Source: Eubacteriales bacterium
GTDB taxonomy: Bacteria > Bacillota > Clostridia > Oscillospirales > CAG-272
DNA: 64,000 bases
Direction: 5' to 3'
Assembly (NCBI GenBank): GCA_045629745.1
Contig: JAZQRU010000042.1
Location: forward strand, 100,039-164,038
In this document: piece by piece, positions 53,848 to 62,639 of the stretch
Numbering within the stretch: position 1 is the stretch's first letter
Layout: each line of letters opens with the position of its first letter
The notes under the pieces: model-generated
Told to the model about the DNA's origin: nothing
Databases searched by the model: none
Seen by the model: only the letters and a program-made list of their open reading frames with translations
Made by a program: the position numbers and the translations under genes

Positions 53848-54042
53848 ATGGCAGTACCAAAGAGAAAGGTATCTCATTCGAGACAGAACAAAAGACGCTC
53901 CAGTGTTTGGAAGCTTGAAAACCCCACCAATATCGTAAAGTGCCCTCAGTGCGGCGAGTACAACAGAGCTTACCGTGTTTGCAAGGCTTGCGGTTACTAC
54001 AAGGGTGTTGAGGTTGTTGCTAAAAATAACGCAACCAAATAA
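53848..54042 (+). CDS. rpmF: 50S ribosomal protein L32
   Basis: MAVPKRKVSHSRQNKRRS...CPQCGE...VCKACGYY is the canonical zinc-ribbon form of L32. AGGAGG RBS. Confidence 0.93.
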   Translation: MAVPKRKVSHSRQNKRRSSVWKLENPTNIVKCPQCGEYNRAYRVCKACGYYKGVEVVAKNNATK

Positions 54043-54046
54043 TTAA

Positions 54047-54088
54047 GAAAATGGGCTGACTCGTTTAGTGAGTTGCCCATTTCTTTTT
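54047..54088 (+). terminator. rho-independent terminator after rpmF
   Basis: GAAAATGGGC ... GCCCATTTC hairpin followed by TTTTT. Confidence 0.65.
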
Positions 54089-54223
54089 GCCTGTCAAAAT
54101 ATCAAAGCTTGCTTGACTTCCCGGCAGCACGGCTGCTGATCCTCATTAAAAAAAGCTGAATACGGCTTAAAAACATCCGTTTTATTTAACACGGGTATCT
54201 TGCAAGCAGATTAAAATACATAA

Positions 54224-54262
54224 AGAAGCGTGGCGCTCCGAAGAACGCCACGCCGTTTTTAT
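54224..54262. terminator. GC-rich hairpin terminator at the end of the four-lipoprotein operon (works on either strand)
   Basis: GCGTGGCG-ctccgaagaa-CGCCACGC with T-rich flanks on both strands. It lies 33 nt past the stop of 54295-56343. Confidence 0.6.
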
Positions 54263-54294
54263 TTGTCGTAAATTCGACCTTTAAACTGTTTCGC

Positions 54295-56343
54295 TTATGC
54301 TGCGGGTGCAGGATCCGGAGCAGGAGCGGGATCAACGTCGTTAACTATGAAATATCCTTTGGTAACGGTAGTGCTCTCGGGTGTTACAACAGTGGTAACG
54401 GTGTTAAGAATTACGTACTGTTCACCGTCAATTGTGCAAGTCTGGAAGTTATAAGTGTCAACACCTGCGCAGATAAGAGTATTGCTGCTACTGTATATGG
54501 AGTAGGTGTAGCCGATGATGCTCTGCTGCTGAGTATCAGGATCGGTAAAGATGGTGGGAACCTTTACTACGTAGTAATTAGAGCTCATACCGTACCAAAC
54601 GATTTCCTTTGCAGAAGAATCATTAAAGAGAAGCACAGGAGCCTCAAGAGTGGTATTCCAGTAGTAAGTGTTGTAAACTACGGTTTCAACCTCTTCAACA
54701 GTGGTCTTAACTTCCTCAACGAGAATCATATAAGCACCGTTATTATATACGTTCTTGTACTTAGTAAGGTCAAGCTTAAGCTTGAGGTCGTAGGTGTAAA
54801 CGCCCTTGCCGCCAAGAATAATGCAATCGTCAAATACTTCATAGCTCTCGGGGAGATAGTTAAGGAACTTGCCGTTTGCATCGTATACAGCTGTATAGTC
54901 TTCTCCGTTAAGATCTATGCTCTTAAGGTAAAGGCCGTCAGCAACGAGGGTGGACTCAAAGGCAGCGTCGAGATCGCAAACGATTTCAAGAGCATTGCTA
55001 ACAGCAAGAGCTTTGTAGCTGTCGACGTCAACAGTGCCGTTAACTATAGGCATTACAACAAAGAGGTTTTCGAGTTTAGCGGTGATATCTTCCATCTCGC
55101 CATCGTTTGCCATTACTGTCAAAACAACGTAACCAAATTCGGTTTCCGTTACAGTTTTAGCTGCGGGATCAACAATGAAATAATCAAGGTCGTACTTTGC
55201 GTCTTCCCATTCAACGTCATAGTTTATTGCAGTGTAAGGAAGAGCCTTTGCAGTCTGAATAAATACGTTGCCATTCTGAAGAATAAACCAGTTAGCGTTC
55301 TGGCCGTATGTGAAGGAATAGGTGTAGGTGCACTCAAGCCACTTTGAAAGATCAAAGAAGGAGATCTTTTCGTCGTCCTCGATAATACCGAATGCGTCGG
55401 TAACGTAATCAAACTCGGGGCGATCAAGGAAGAATATTTCTTTCTCGGAGTGAATGATGTTACCCTCAGCGTCAATTACGTAAACGATTTCGTCATTGGT
55501 AAACTGGAAGGTTTCGTTGTTGCCTTCGCCTATGTATTCATAGATATCAGACGTTCCGTCGAGAGAAAGAGGCTTGGTGTTCAACTTAGTATAGTTCTCG
55601 GTATAGTAGTAATACTCATCACCGCCGAGCACAACCGCATACAAGCCGTCAAGGTTGTAGTAATTGAATGAGGGTGCCTCATCCCAATACTCGTTAACGT
55701 CAGTCGTCGAAGCGTTGTCCTCTACGAAATCGTAGGGCTCGGTGGTTATAAGCTCAATAGCCTTACCGGTTATATCGTTAATGAGAGTGTACGTATCCTT
55801 GCGGGTAGCATACTTAGACTCGTCAGTATCGGTAGTTGCGGGATCGTCAACAACGGGATCGCTAACCTTTACCGAGGTCTTGATAATGTAGTAGTGATTA
55901 CCAAGCTCTTTAACGATATTAAGCTCAACGTTGGTCTCTGCGGGAGTGTATACGTGAGCGTAAAGGGTAAGAGTTCCGTTTACGTAATCAAGCTTTACGT
56001 AATCGCCGAGAACAGCGTCGGTGGGAACAGGTTTAACAACCATAGGAACGTACTCTTCCTTAGCAATAGGAACGAGAACTTCAACCTGATTCTCTATAGT
56101 GTTGGTGATTATAACGGTATCGCAGTTTTCAGTATCGCAAAGTCCGTCGCGGTTTGCATCCACGTGATTTGTACAGTTGGGTTCCTCGGGTTCGGGAAGC
56201 TGAACAACGTCCTCGCAGCCTTCGGTATCACAAATACCGTCACCGTCTGCGTCAAGGTGAGTCGTACATTCTTCCGAGCAGGAAACGAAGAGCACGCTTA
56301 CGCAAAGCAATGCGATAAGCAACGAAATAAGTTTAATTTTCAT
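54295..56343 (-). CDS. acidic lipoprotein, paralogue 4 of 4 (682 aa), unknown function
   Basis: Lipobox LFVSC|S. Two N-terminal C-T-x-H-x-D-A-x-x-D-G-x-C-D-T-E-x-C motifs. Tyr/Asp/Asn-rich body with hydrophobic-x-D-x-x-G-x-hydrophobic strand repeats. NGNVFIQ motif. PAPAPDPAPAA tail. Confidence 0.85.
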   Translation of the reverse strand: MKIKLISLLIALLCVSVLFVSCSEECTTHLDADGDGICDTEGCEDVVQLPEPEEPNCTNHVDANRDGLCDTENCDTVIITNTIENQVEVLVPIAKEEYVPMVVKPVPTDAVLGDYVKLDYVNGTLTLYAHVYTPAETNVELNIVKELGNHYYIIKTSVKVSDPVVDDPATTDTDESKYATRKDTYTLINDITGKAIELITTEPYDFVEDNASTTDVNEYWDEAPSFNYYNLDGLYAVVLGGDEYYYYTENYTKLNTKPLSLDGTSDIYEYIGEGNNETFQFTNDEIVYVIDAEGNIIHSEKEIFFLDRPEFDYVTDAFGIIEDDEKISFFDLSKWLECTYTYSFTYGQNANWFILQNGNVFIQTAKALPYTAINYDVEWEDAKYDLDYFIVDPAAKTVTETEFGYVVLTVMANDGEMEDITAKLENLFVVMPIVNGTVDVDSYKALAVSNALEIVCDLDAAFESTLVADGLYLKSIDLNGEDYTAVYDANGKFLNYLPESYEVFDDCIILGGKGVYTYDLKLKLDLTKYKNVYNNGAYMILVEEVKTTVEEVETVVYNTYYWNTTLEAPVLLFNDSSAKEIVWYGMSSNYYVVKVPTIFTDPDTQQQSIIGYTYSIYSSSNTLICAGVDTYNFQTCTIDGEQYVILNTVTTVVTPESTTVTKGYFIVNDVDPAPAPDPAPAA

Positions 56344-56361
56344 CGTTTTTCTCCTTCTCTA

Positions 56362-58344
56362 TCATTTAATAGTGGTGTAGCGAATATAGTCGCCTCTGTC
56401 ATTCTTTTCGGAACGTGTTTCCAAAACAATTACGTCACCGTAATCTTCGAGTATATTAGTTACGTCATACTCGTCATAAGAATAAGTGTAGTAAGAGTAG
56501 GAATAATCGTCCGCATAGAAGCTTGCTACGCTTTCGCCCTTTACGTTGACGAAGTTCACGTAGTAGCGATCGTCTTCGCTGTTATAAGTGATTACGCGCT
56601 CAACTCTTCCGCTTAGGTAAGAGTCGGTTTGAACAATGCGGCCGTCATCGTCAGAAACGGTGCAAACGGTCTTCTTAACAACGGTGTCGTTCTCTGCGTT
56701 ATAGTAGCAAACAGCAAGAGAGGTGTACTCGTCTTTTTCATTATAGCTTCGAACAAGCAAAGAAACGATGTCGCCACTTTCGTTGCACATATATTCTTCA
56801 ATCATTACGAAGTCGCCGATAATTACCTTGCCGCTGTAATCGATAAGGTTACGGCAGGATTCGCCGTCTTCATTCTCAGCTTCAACTATGAGCATACCGG
56901 GATAGGAGGAGATTATCTTATAGTCGTATGCATAGAATTCTCCGTCAGTTACGCGGTAATAGAAGTTACTATCATTGTTCATAGTTGCGGGGATAAGCAC
57001 CGTATCCGCATCGCGAATCTCTATAAGACTTTTCTGGTTGGGAATGATCTCGGGGAGTACTTCCTTAACGGTGAGATCCAAGTTAAGAGCAACGTAGGAA
57101 AGCTCGGAGGACACCATCTGTTTTTCAAACGTGAAAGCCTCGATAACTACGCAGTCACCCGCAAGCGCGGCGTTTCTGCTGCCCAAAGCATCGTACCATT
57201 CGGTAATGATATATGCAAATTCAATTTCGGAAACTTTTCCGCTAGCAACGTCAAACACCTTCGTAACAACGTCATACTTCGCGTTGGTTTCATAATCGTA
57301 AACGTCGTATGTCTTAGCGCCTTCGCTGACCTCGATTGCGTCCTGCATAAGAACGTTTCCGTTAGGAAGGAAAATTTCAACTTCGCTGTCGCAGTTATAT
57401 TCGCAAACGTATTTTCCATTAAGATCGAAGATCAAAGCTCTATCTTCATTATGAAGGTCATATACGAAATAGTAGCTGCCGATCTTGTCTATTTCCGAAG
57501 AGCCGTAAGTTGCCTCAATGAAGGGATCCTCAGTGTAAAGCTCTTCTGCCACCTTCTTTATAAAATTGCCGTCGTTATCAAGAACGTAGGCAGTTCCGTT
57601 AAGAATAAAGGCGTTGGTAAATTCTGTGGTTTTCGTATCATAATCCCAGTAGTTCTCAGCCTCGCCGAGAAGAGTTCCGTCTGCAAGATAAAACTCGTAG
57701 TAGGTCTCCTTGAGAGTATAGCCGATTATTTCGGGAGTTTCGGTTGAACCCTCGGGAAGCTCCTCATAAACGGCATCCCAGTTTTCGTATTCTACACGGA
57801 ATATACCGTAGAATATATCGGTATCTACGGATACAATAGTAGAATCGCTGAGAATTTCGCTCTCATCTTCAAGATTCATTAAATATGCGTTTTTATAAGA
57901 GAAGATGGGCTCGTCTTTGCCAAAAATGTTGTAAACTCTGATGGTTTCTTCAACTCTGGTCTTCCAAAGCTCTTCGAACTCGCCGTGGATCCGCTTTGTT
58001 TCGGTCTGAACCAAAACGCCGTAGGTATCAGCGCCGACGAAATTGTGAGTTTTGTCGTCAAGGCTTGCGGTGGAGTCTGAAGATGCTGCATCGAGTGATT
58101 TTACGTCATACTTGAGATACTTCTGCCAAACAGCAAGCTTGCCGGAGGCGGTAAGAGTATCAACTGAGGGAACGTCACTTGTTCCTGAGCTCGCATCATC
58201 GGTAAGGATAATGCCGTTTTCGTGTATGGGGTCGTTTGCAAGCACGTCGTTATCAGGAAGTGCTGCCGATCCGGTACACGAAGAAAGAGCCATCACTGCA
58301 CAAAGCAGAGCAGAAACAAAAACAATAAGTTTTCTGTTTTTCAT
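56362..58344 (-). CDS. acidic lipoprotein, paralogue 3 of 4 (660 aa), unknown function
   Basis: Lipobox ALSSC|T. NGNVLMQ motif. Repeats such as YVLDNDGNFIKK and LIFDLNGKYVCEY. 18-nt gap to the next gene. Confidence 0.85.
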   Translation of the reverse strand: MKNRKLIVFVSALLCAVMALSSCTGSAALPDNDVLANDPIHENGIILTDDASSGTSDVPSVDTLTASGKLAVWQKYLKYDVKSLDAASSDSTASLDDKTHNFVGADTYGVLVQTETKRIHGEFEELWKTRVEETIRVYNIFGKDEPIFSYKNAYLMNLEDESEILSDSTIVSVDTDIFYGIFRVEYENWDAVYEELPEGSTETPEIIGYTLKETYYEFYLADGTLLGEAENYWDYDTKTTEFTNAFILNGTAYVLDNDGNFIKKVAEELYTEDPFIEATYGSSEIDKIGSYYFVYDLHNEDRALIFDLNGKYVCEYNCDSEVEIFLPNGNVLMQDAIEVSEGAKTYDVYDYETNAKYDVVTKVFDVASGKVSEIEFAYIITEWYDALGSRNAALAGDCVVIEAFTFEKQMVSSELSYVALNLDLTVKEVLPEIIPNQKSLIEIRDADTVLIPATMNNDSNFYYRVTDGEFYAYDYKIISSYPGMLIVEAENEDGESCRNLIDYSGKVIIGDFVMIEEYMCNESGDIVSLLVRSYNEKDEYTSLAVCYYNAENDTVVKKTVCTVSDDDGRIVQTDSYLSGRVERVITYNSEDDRYYVNFVNVKGESVASFYADDYSYSYYTYSYDEYDVTNILEDYGDVIVLETRSEKNDRGDYIRYTTIK

Positions 58345-58379
58345 TTTTTTCTCCTTTTCAGTATCGGGTCATCGACCTG

Positions 58380-60320
58380 TTATTTAATAAAGTAGGTGCG
58401 TCCTACACCCTTGATTACAGTTGTCATCTCGTATGCATCAAGATAATCGTTGAATTCCATCTTAATTTTGTTCATACTGATAAACAAAAGCTCGAAGTTA
58501 CGGTTGTAAAGCTCGTAGGTTTCGTCTTCGCCGTTGTAGAGAATGATGTAATCGGAGCGGTTCTCTTCTACGTCTTCAATATCTTCAAGCTCGGACTTTT
58601 TAATAACGTAGACAGGCTTCGTTTCTTCCTCGTCCTCACCGTCTTCTTCGTTTGATTTGTTCTGAGTAGATTCCTCGAGAGTCAAGCGATAGAACGTAAG
58701 CTTTTCTTCATTATAGATAGTATCGGGGTTATCCTCGATTTCTTCTTTCATAATGATACTGTCGCCGATATAAGCTGCTACAGACTCGCCCTCGTCGAAC
58801 TCGTAGAGGCACTCGAAATTGTAATCGAAGATTCCGTAGCTATTGACGATAAAATCGTTTCTGAGCACGTTATCGGAATCAAGATATCTTACGAAGTTGC
58901 CTTCGGGATCATAAAGAGCTATGTAATTGTTAAGTGAAACATTTACGTAGCTATATCCGTTATCAAGCTTTTCAAATCCGAAATCACCCGAAATCGGAAC
59001 GATTTCCTCGGGAACGTACTGAACTTTAAGATCGTTGTCAACAAATACCATCAAATCATCCTCGTCGGAAGGCATAACGATGGCTCTATCCACAATCTTT
59101 AATCCGTAAGCAAGGTTAACAAGCTTATCGCCTATTACAAAGTCGGAATCGCTCGCAAGGTCTTTAAGAGAGCTTGCACCGACAATGCTCAAAAAGATGT
59201 AGTCAACCTCAACGGGAGTTTCAAGAGCCTTGAATACACCGTTCTCATTCGTGAACTGCACGGTATAGCTGTCAAGCATATACGTTTCGCCATTGAGGTG
59301 GAAATCATAAGCTTCGCCTGCGTATGCTTCGCGAACCTCCTGAATGAATATCTTGCCGTCTTCAAGAACGTTAACGCTAGCTTCTTCACCGTATACCTTA
59401 TGGTAAACAAGCTTTCCGCTTGCCTTTTCATAAACCTGGATAGCATAATTTTCATAATGCGCAGCTCTGAGATAGTATCCGTAGATTTCATTCTCGTAGT
59501 CATAACCGAAGTGTGCAAGAGAGGTTGCTTCAAACGCACCATCATACTTGCCATCCTTATCCAAGAGGTAGCAATAGCCGTCGTGAGCATAGATAACGTA
59601 AGCAACGTAAGACTCTGCAGCAAAAAGCGCCGAATTGTTTGACGGAATAGCGTAGAAGCCTACAAAATCCTCGTCAAGACCTGCCTGCTTGTTTTCAAAT
59701 ACGCTATTGCCGTGAAGGTCATATACGCTGTAATTCACGGATTCAACGTAGAATCTGTCTTCGTTTTCGATGTAATAGCTTTCATCTCTCATCTCGTCGG
59801 TTATCTGAGCGTACTTAACGTCCATAACCACGATAACAGCCGCATCGTTTGTTTCGTCAGCGCCAAGAGCGTCAGGATTCAAAAACGAAACGTAAATTTC
59901 ACGGTCAGGATTTGCCTGATCTAAGGTATGCTTCCATTTTTTATAGCTTTCGCCCGTCTCTATGTTAACAACCTCGTAGCTGTAAGTCATCTGATTATTT
60001 GAATCAACAGAGCTTTCATACATAAGATAGAAGTTTTCATAAACGTCAACAACTCCCTCGGGAGCATCCTCAACGGTAGTGTAAACCTTATCTCTATCTA
60101 TAAATTCAATGAAATCAGAGAACGTAAGCGGCTCGGTTCCTTCAACTCCAACGTTGGACGATCCGGTCGTGTCAGAAAGGGATGGAATCGTTCCTGCCGT
60201 ACCCGACAAGGAGTCAACGCCGTTCGTTTCGGGAATAACCGCTGAATCAGCACAGGAAACGAACATAACAACGACACAGAGCAACGCGGCGAGAAGCTTA
60301 ATTATATTAGAGCTTTTCAC
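58380..60320 (-). CDS. acidic lipoprotein, paralogue 2 of 4 (646 aa), unknown function
   Basis: GTG start with an AAGGAG RBS. Lipobox MFVSC|A. DGKIFIQ variant of the shared motif. Repeats such as YLLDKDGKYDGAF and ALYDPEGNFVRYL. Confidence 0.85.
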   Translation of the reverse strand: MKSSNIIKLLAALLCVVVMFVSCADSAVIPETNGVDSLSGTAGTIPSLSDTTGSSNVGVEGTEPLTFSDFIEFIDRDKVYTTVEDAPEGVVDVYENFYLMYESSVDSNNQMTYSYEVVNIETGESYKKWKHTLDQANPDREIYVSFLNPDALGADETNDAAVIVVMDVKYAQITDEMRDESYYIENEDRFYVESVNYSVYDLHGNSVFENKQAGLDEDFVGFYAIPSNNSALFAAESYVAYVIYAHDGYCYLLDKDGKYDGAFEATSLAHFGYDYENEIYGYYLRAAHYENYAIQVYEKASGKLVYHKVYGEEASVNVLEDGKIFIQEVREAYAGEAYDFHLNGETYMLDSYTVQFTNENGVFKALETPVEVDYIFLSIVGASSLKDLASDSDFVIGDKLVNLAYGLKIVDRAIVMPSDEDDLMVFVDNDLKVQYVPEEIVPISGDFGFEKLDNGYSYVNVSLNNYIALYDPEGNFVRYLDSDNVLRNDFIVNSYGIFDYNFECLYEFDEGESVAAYIGDSIIMKEEIEDNPDTIYNEEKLTFYRLTLEESTQNKSNEEDGEDEEETKPVYVIKKSELEDIEDVEENRSDYIILYNGEDETYELYNRNFELLFISMNKIKMEFNDYLDAYEMTTVIKGVGRTYFIK

Positions 60321-60357
60321 TTTCTGTTTTCTCCTTTTTTAATTATGTGGTGTTTTG

Positions 60358-62205
60358 TCAATCAATAACAAAATTATGCTTTACTGTTTTTTCAACCATA
60401 TAGTCGTAGTAGCTAACGGTAACGTAAAGAGAATTGTTATGCTCTTCTACATCAATGCAGCCTCTTGAGCTCTCAAGAAGAAGAGTTCCCTCAGCATTGT
60501 AGATAGAGTGCACACAGGCGTTGCAATCGAGCTTAGCGCAATCGCTTCTGAATGTGCAATATTCATCTCTGCAATTGCTAAGCTCGCATTCATCGTAATG
60601 CGCCTTGCACTGATCACAGAATTCGCAAAGAACGTAGTAGCTATTACCTATATCGCATACAATTGCATTGAGATTGTCCTGAAGCACCTTCAATTCGCCG
60701 CTTGCGGGATCAAGAAGAGCTAAGTCGGATTCACCATCGTGATTGAAATCGTATTCTACACAAATCTTATTGTTGATAAATACTTTTCCGCTCTCTTCCT
60801 CGAAGAACAAGAGATTGTTCTCGGATGCAACGTATATAAGATTGAAATCAAGGTCATATACAACACCGTCGCAAACGATGTACTTATCGCTGATATACTC
60901 AATCTGAGGAACGCATTTTACAACGTTTCCGTAATAGTCAAACGCATAGTCAATCGAGCCGTACTGTCCGAAAAGACCTGCAACTATGTACTTATCGCCG
61001 ATAGCGTAAGCCTCGTATGCAAGAGAGTCAACGTCAAGGTTGGGCTCTATTATCGGGAATACGAACTCAACGTTAAGGTCGTTGTCGATTACAACGTACT
61101 GTCCGTTATCGTCGTCACCGTCTTTATCGAAGCGATATATAACAGCCTGGTTCTGCTTACCCTCTACAAGCTCAAACGAGAAGTCTGTGCCGTGCTTTTC
61201 TGCGGAATACGCGGATTCAAGATCGGAGATCCAGAAATCAACGCTTGCCGTTTTGTCGGTAAGAGCGCCCGTCTTGTAGTTCATAATGTTAGTTGTGGTC
61301 TTTATTCTGGTACCGTCACCGTAGATGTAGTTGAAGTCAGCCTCTGCGCTCATATCAAGAACAACAAGGTCTTCCTGAATTACAACGTTGCCGTTGTTAA
61401 GGAAGCTGAAGCTGCTCCATTTAGAGTTAGCGGGAGAGTTGTACTCAACCACGCACGCACCGTCTTTGTCGTAAATATAAAGTGATTTATCACCTGCAAA
61501 GTAGAGGTATCCGCCGTACTCATATCCATAAGCGAAGCCCTTGTCGTAATAGAAATCGCTGCTCATTTCAAATACAGTTTGATTTTCGGAGCCGTACCAT
61601 CTGACGATTTCTGTTCCAACAACGACAGTAAGGTTACCGATAACCTTGTACTCCACTACGTCAGTTCCGTCATAAAGCTTAGTGGGAGCCGCAGTATCGC
61701 TGTACTGATAGTAAGAACGTGAGTAAGTCGTTTCACCGTCAGTGTAATCGAGGCTTGCTACCTCAAAAATAAGAATGCCGTCGTCGAAATAAAGATCAAC
61801 TTTCTTCTCAACGTTCTCACTAAGAGAATAGCTTACCTTGGGGAATTCGTACAAAACCGCACCGTTTCTGTAAAGCTTAACCTCGATAACGTCGTTGTTG
61901 AAGTGATCAACGTCCTCGGCAACCGTAGCCATAAGCTCAGTTCCATCGGGGGTTTCAACCCATATAATGTCCCCTTCAATCGCCTCTGCATTTGTGAAAA
62001 GCTTGTTCTCCACGTAGTAATCATTGTCCGTGGAGTCTATCACAAAATAGCTGAGAAGATCGGGAAGCTTGGGTTCTTCCGGAGTTTCATCGGGCGTGGG
62101 ATCGGGATCGGGATTTTCATTTCCCGTTAAGTTGCATCCCGTCAAAAGCATCGACACACACAACGAAACTACCACAAACAAAAATAAAAGTTTGTGTTTT
62201 CTCAT
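60358..62205 (-). CDS. acidic lipoprotein, paralogue 1 of 4 (615 aa), with C-terminal Cys cluster, unknown function
   Basis: AAAGGAG RBS. Lipobox LLTGC|N followed by a Pro/Asp linker. NGNVVIQ motif near residue 270. Ten Cys within ~45 aa near the C-terminus. Confidence 0.85.
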   Translation of the reverse strand: MRKHKLLFLFVVVSLCVSMLLTGCNLTGNENPDPDPTPDETPEEPKLPDLLSYFVIDSTDNDYYVENKLFTNAEAIEGDIIWVETPDGTELMATVAEDVDHFNNDVIEVKLYRNGAVLYEFPKVSYSLSENVEKKVDLYFDDGILIFEVASLDYTDGETTYSRSYYQYSDTAAPTKLYDGTDVVEYKVIGNLTVVVGTEIVRWYGSENQTVFEMSSDFYYDKGFAYGYEYGGYLYFAGDKSLYIYDKDGACVVEYNSPANSKWSSFSFLNNGNVVIQEDLVVLDMSAEADFNYIYGDGTRIKTTTNIMNYKTGALTDKTASVDFWISDLESAYSAEKHGTDFSFELVEGKQNQAVIYRFDKDGDDDNGQYVVIDNDLNVEFVFPIIEPNLDVDSLAYEAYAIGDKYIVAGLFGQYGSIDYAFDYYGNVVKCVPQIEYISDKYIVCDGVVYDLDFNLIYVASENNLLFFEEESGKVFINNKICVEYDFNHDGESDLALLDPASGELKVLQDNLNAIVCDIGNSYYVLCEFCDQCKAHYDECELSNCRDEYCTFRSDCAKLDCNACVHSIYNAEGTLLLESSRGCIDVEEHNNSLYVTVSYYDYMVEKTVKHNFVID

Positions 62206-62345
62206 TGTCTTCTCCTTTGTTTATTTTGGTTTTTGCGAAAAACAATTTCAATCCGCAACGCACATTCTGCGCACGCAGCTGACGGATCTGCGATAGCATA
62301 TGTTCGCGTCATACGCACGCGAGTGCGCACACGGTTTGTAAGATA

Positions 62346-62374
62346 ATTATAGATTTTATTCGGTTCAAAGTCAA
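62346..62374 (-). promoter_or_regulatory. sigma-A-type promoter of the four-lipoprotein operon
   Basis: Minus strand: TTGACT (rc of 62369-62374), 17 nt, TATAAT (rc of 62346-62351). It leaves a ~134-nt 5' UTR. Confidence 0.6.
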
Positions 62375-62639
62375 TAGAAAAAGCAAATTAAATAGCAAAA
62401 AAAATATTTTTTAGAATTTTATGTAAAATTTCTCGCCGCCTTTTTGTGCACTATAAACAGTTATGTTCATTTGATCAAGATAAATGAAAAATCGACGCGG
62501 CTCTCCATATAATATATGTAGGAAACTATTTTCGATTACAAAAATTCGCGCAAAAAGGCGAGGGCTCCTTTCGGAATACACTCGCCGTTCAGTCAAACGT
62601 TGCAATTCGTTATTGAAGAATATCAGCTCTTAAAGAGCA

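Noticed and set aside
55894-61485. Long plus-strand ORFs (240, 372 and 248 aa and smaller) opposite the four lipoprotein genes.
   Set aside because: They are antisense to well-supported genes with RBS and lipobox signals. Their products are Val/Ile/Asn/Phe-rich with no motifs. The codon bias of the Asp/Tyr/Asn/Glu-rich sense frames removes antisense stops.
62411-62605. 64-aa minus-strand ORF between the HAD gene and the lipoprotein operon.
   Set aside because: No recognisable RBS, and the sequence is basic and low-information. It overlaps the region just upstream of the operon promoter, so it is more likely non-coding.
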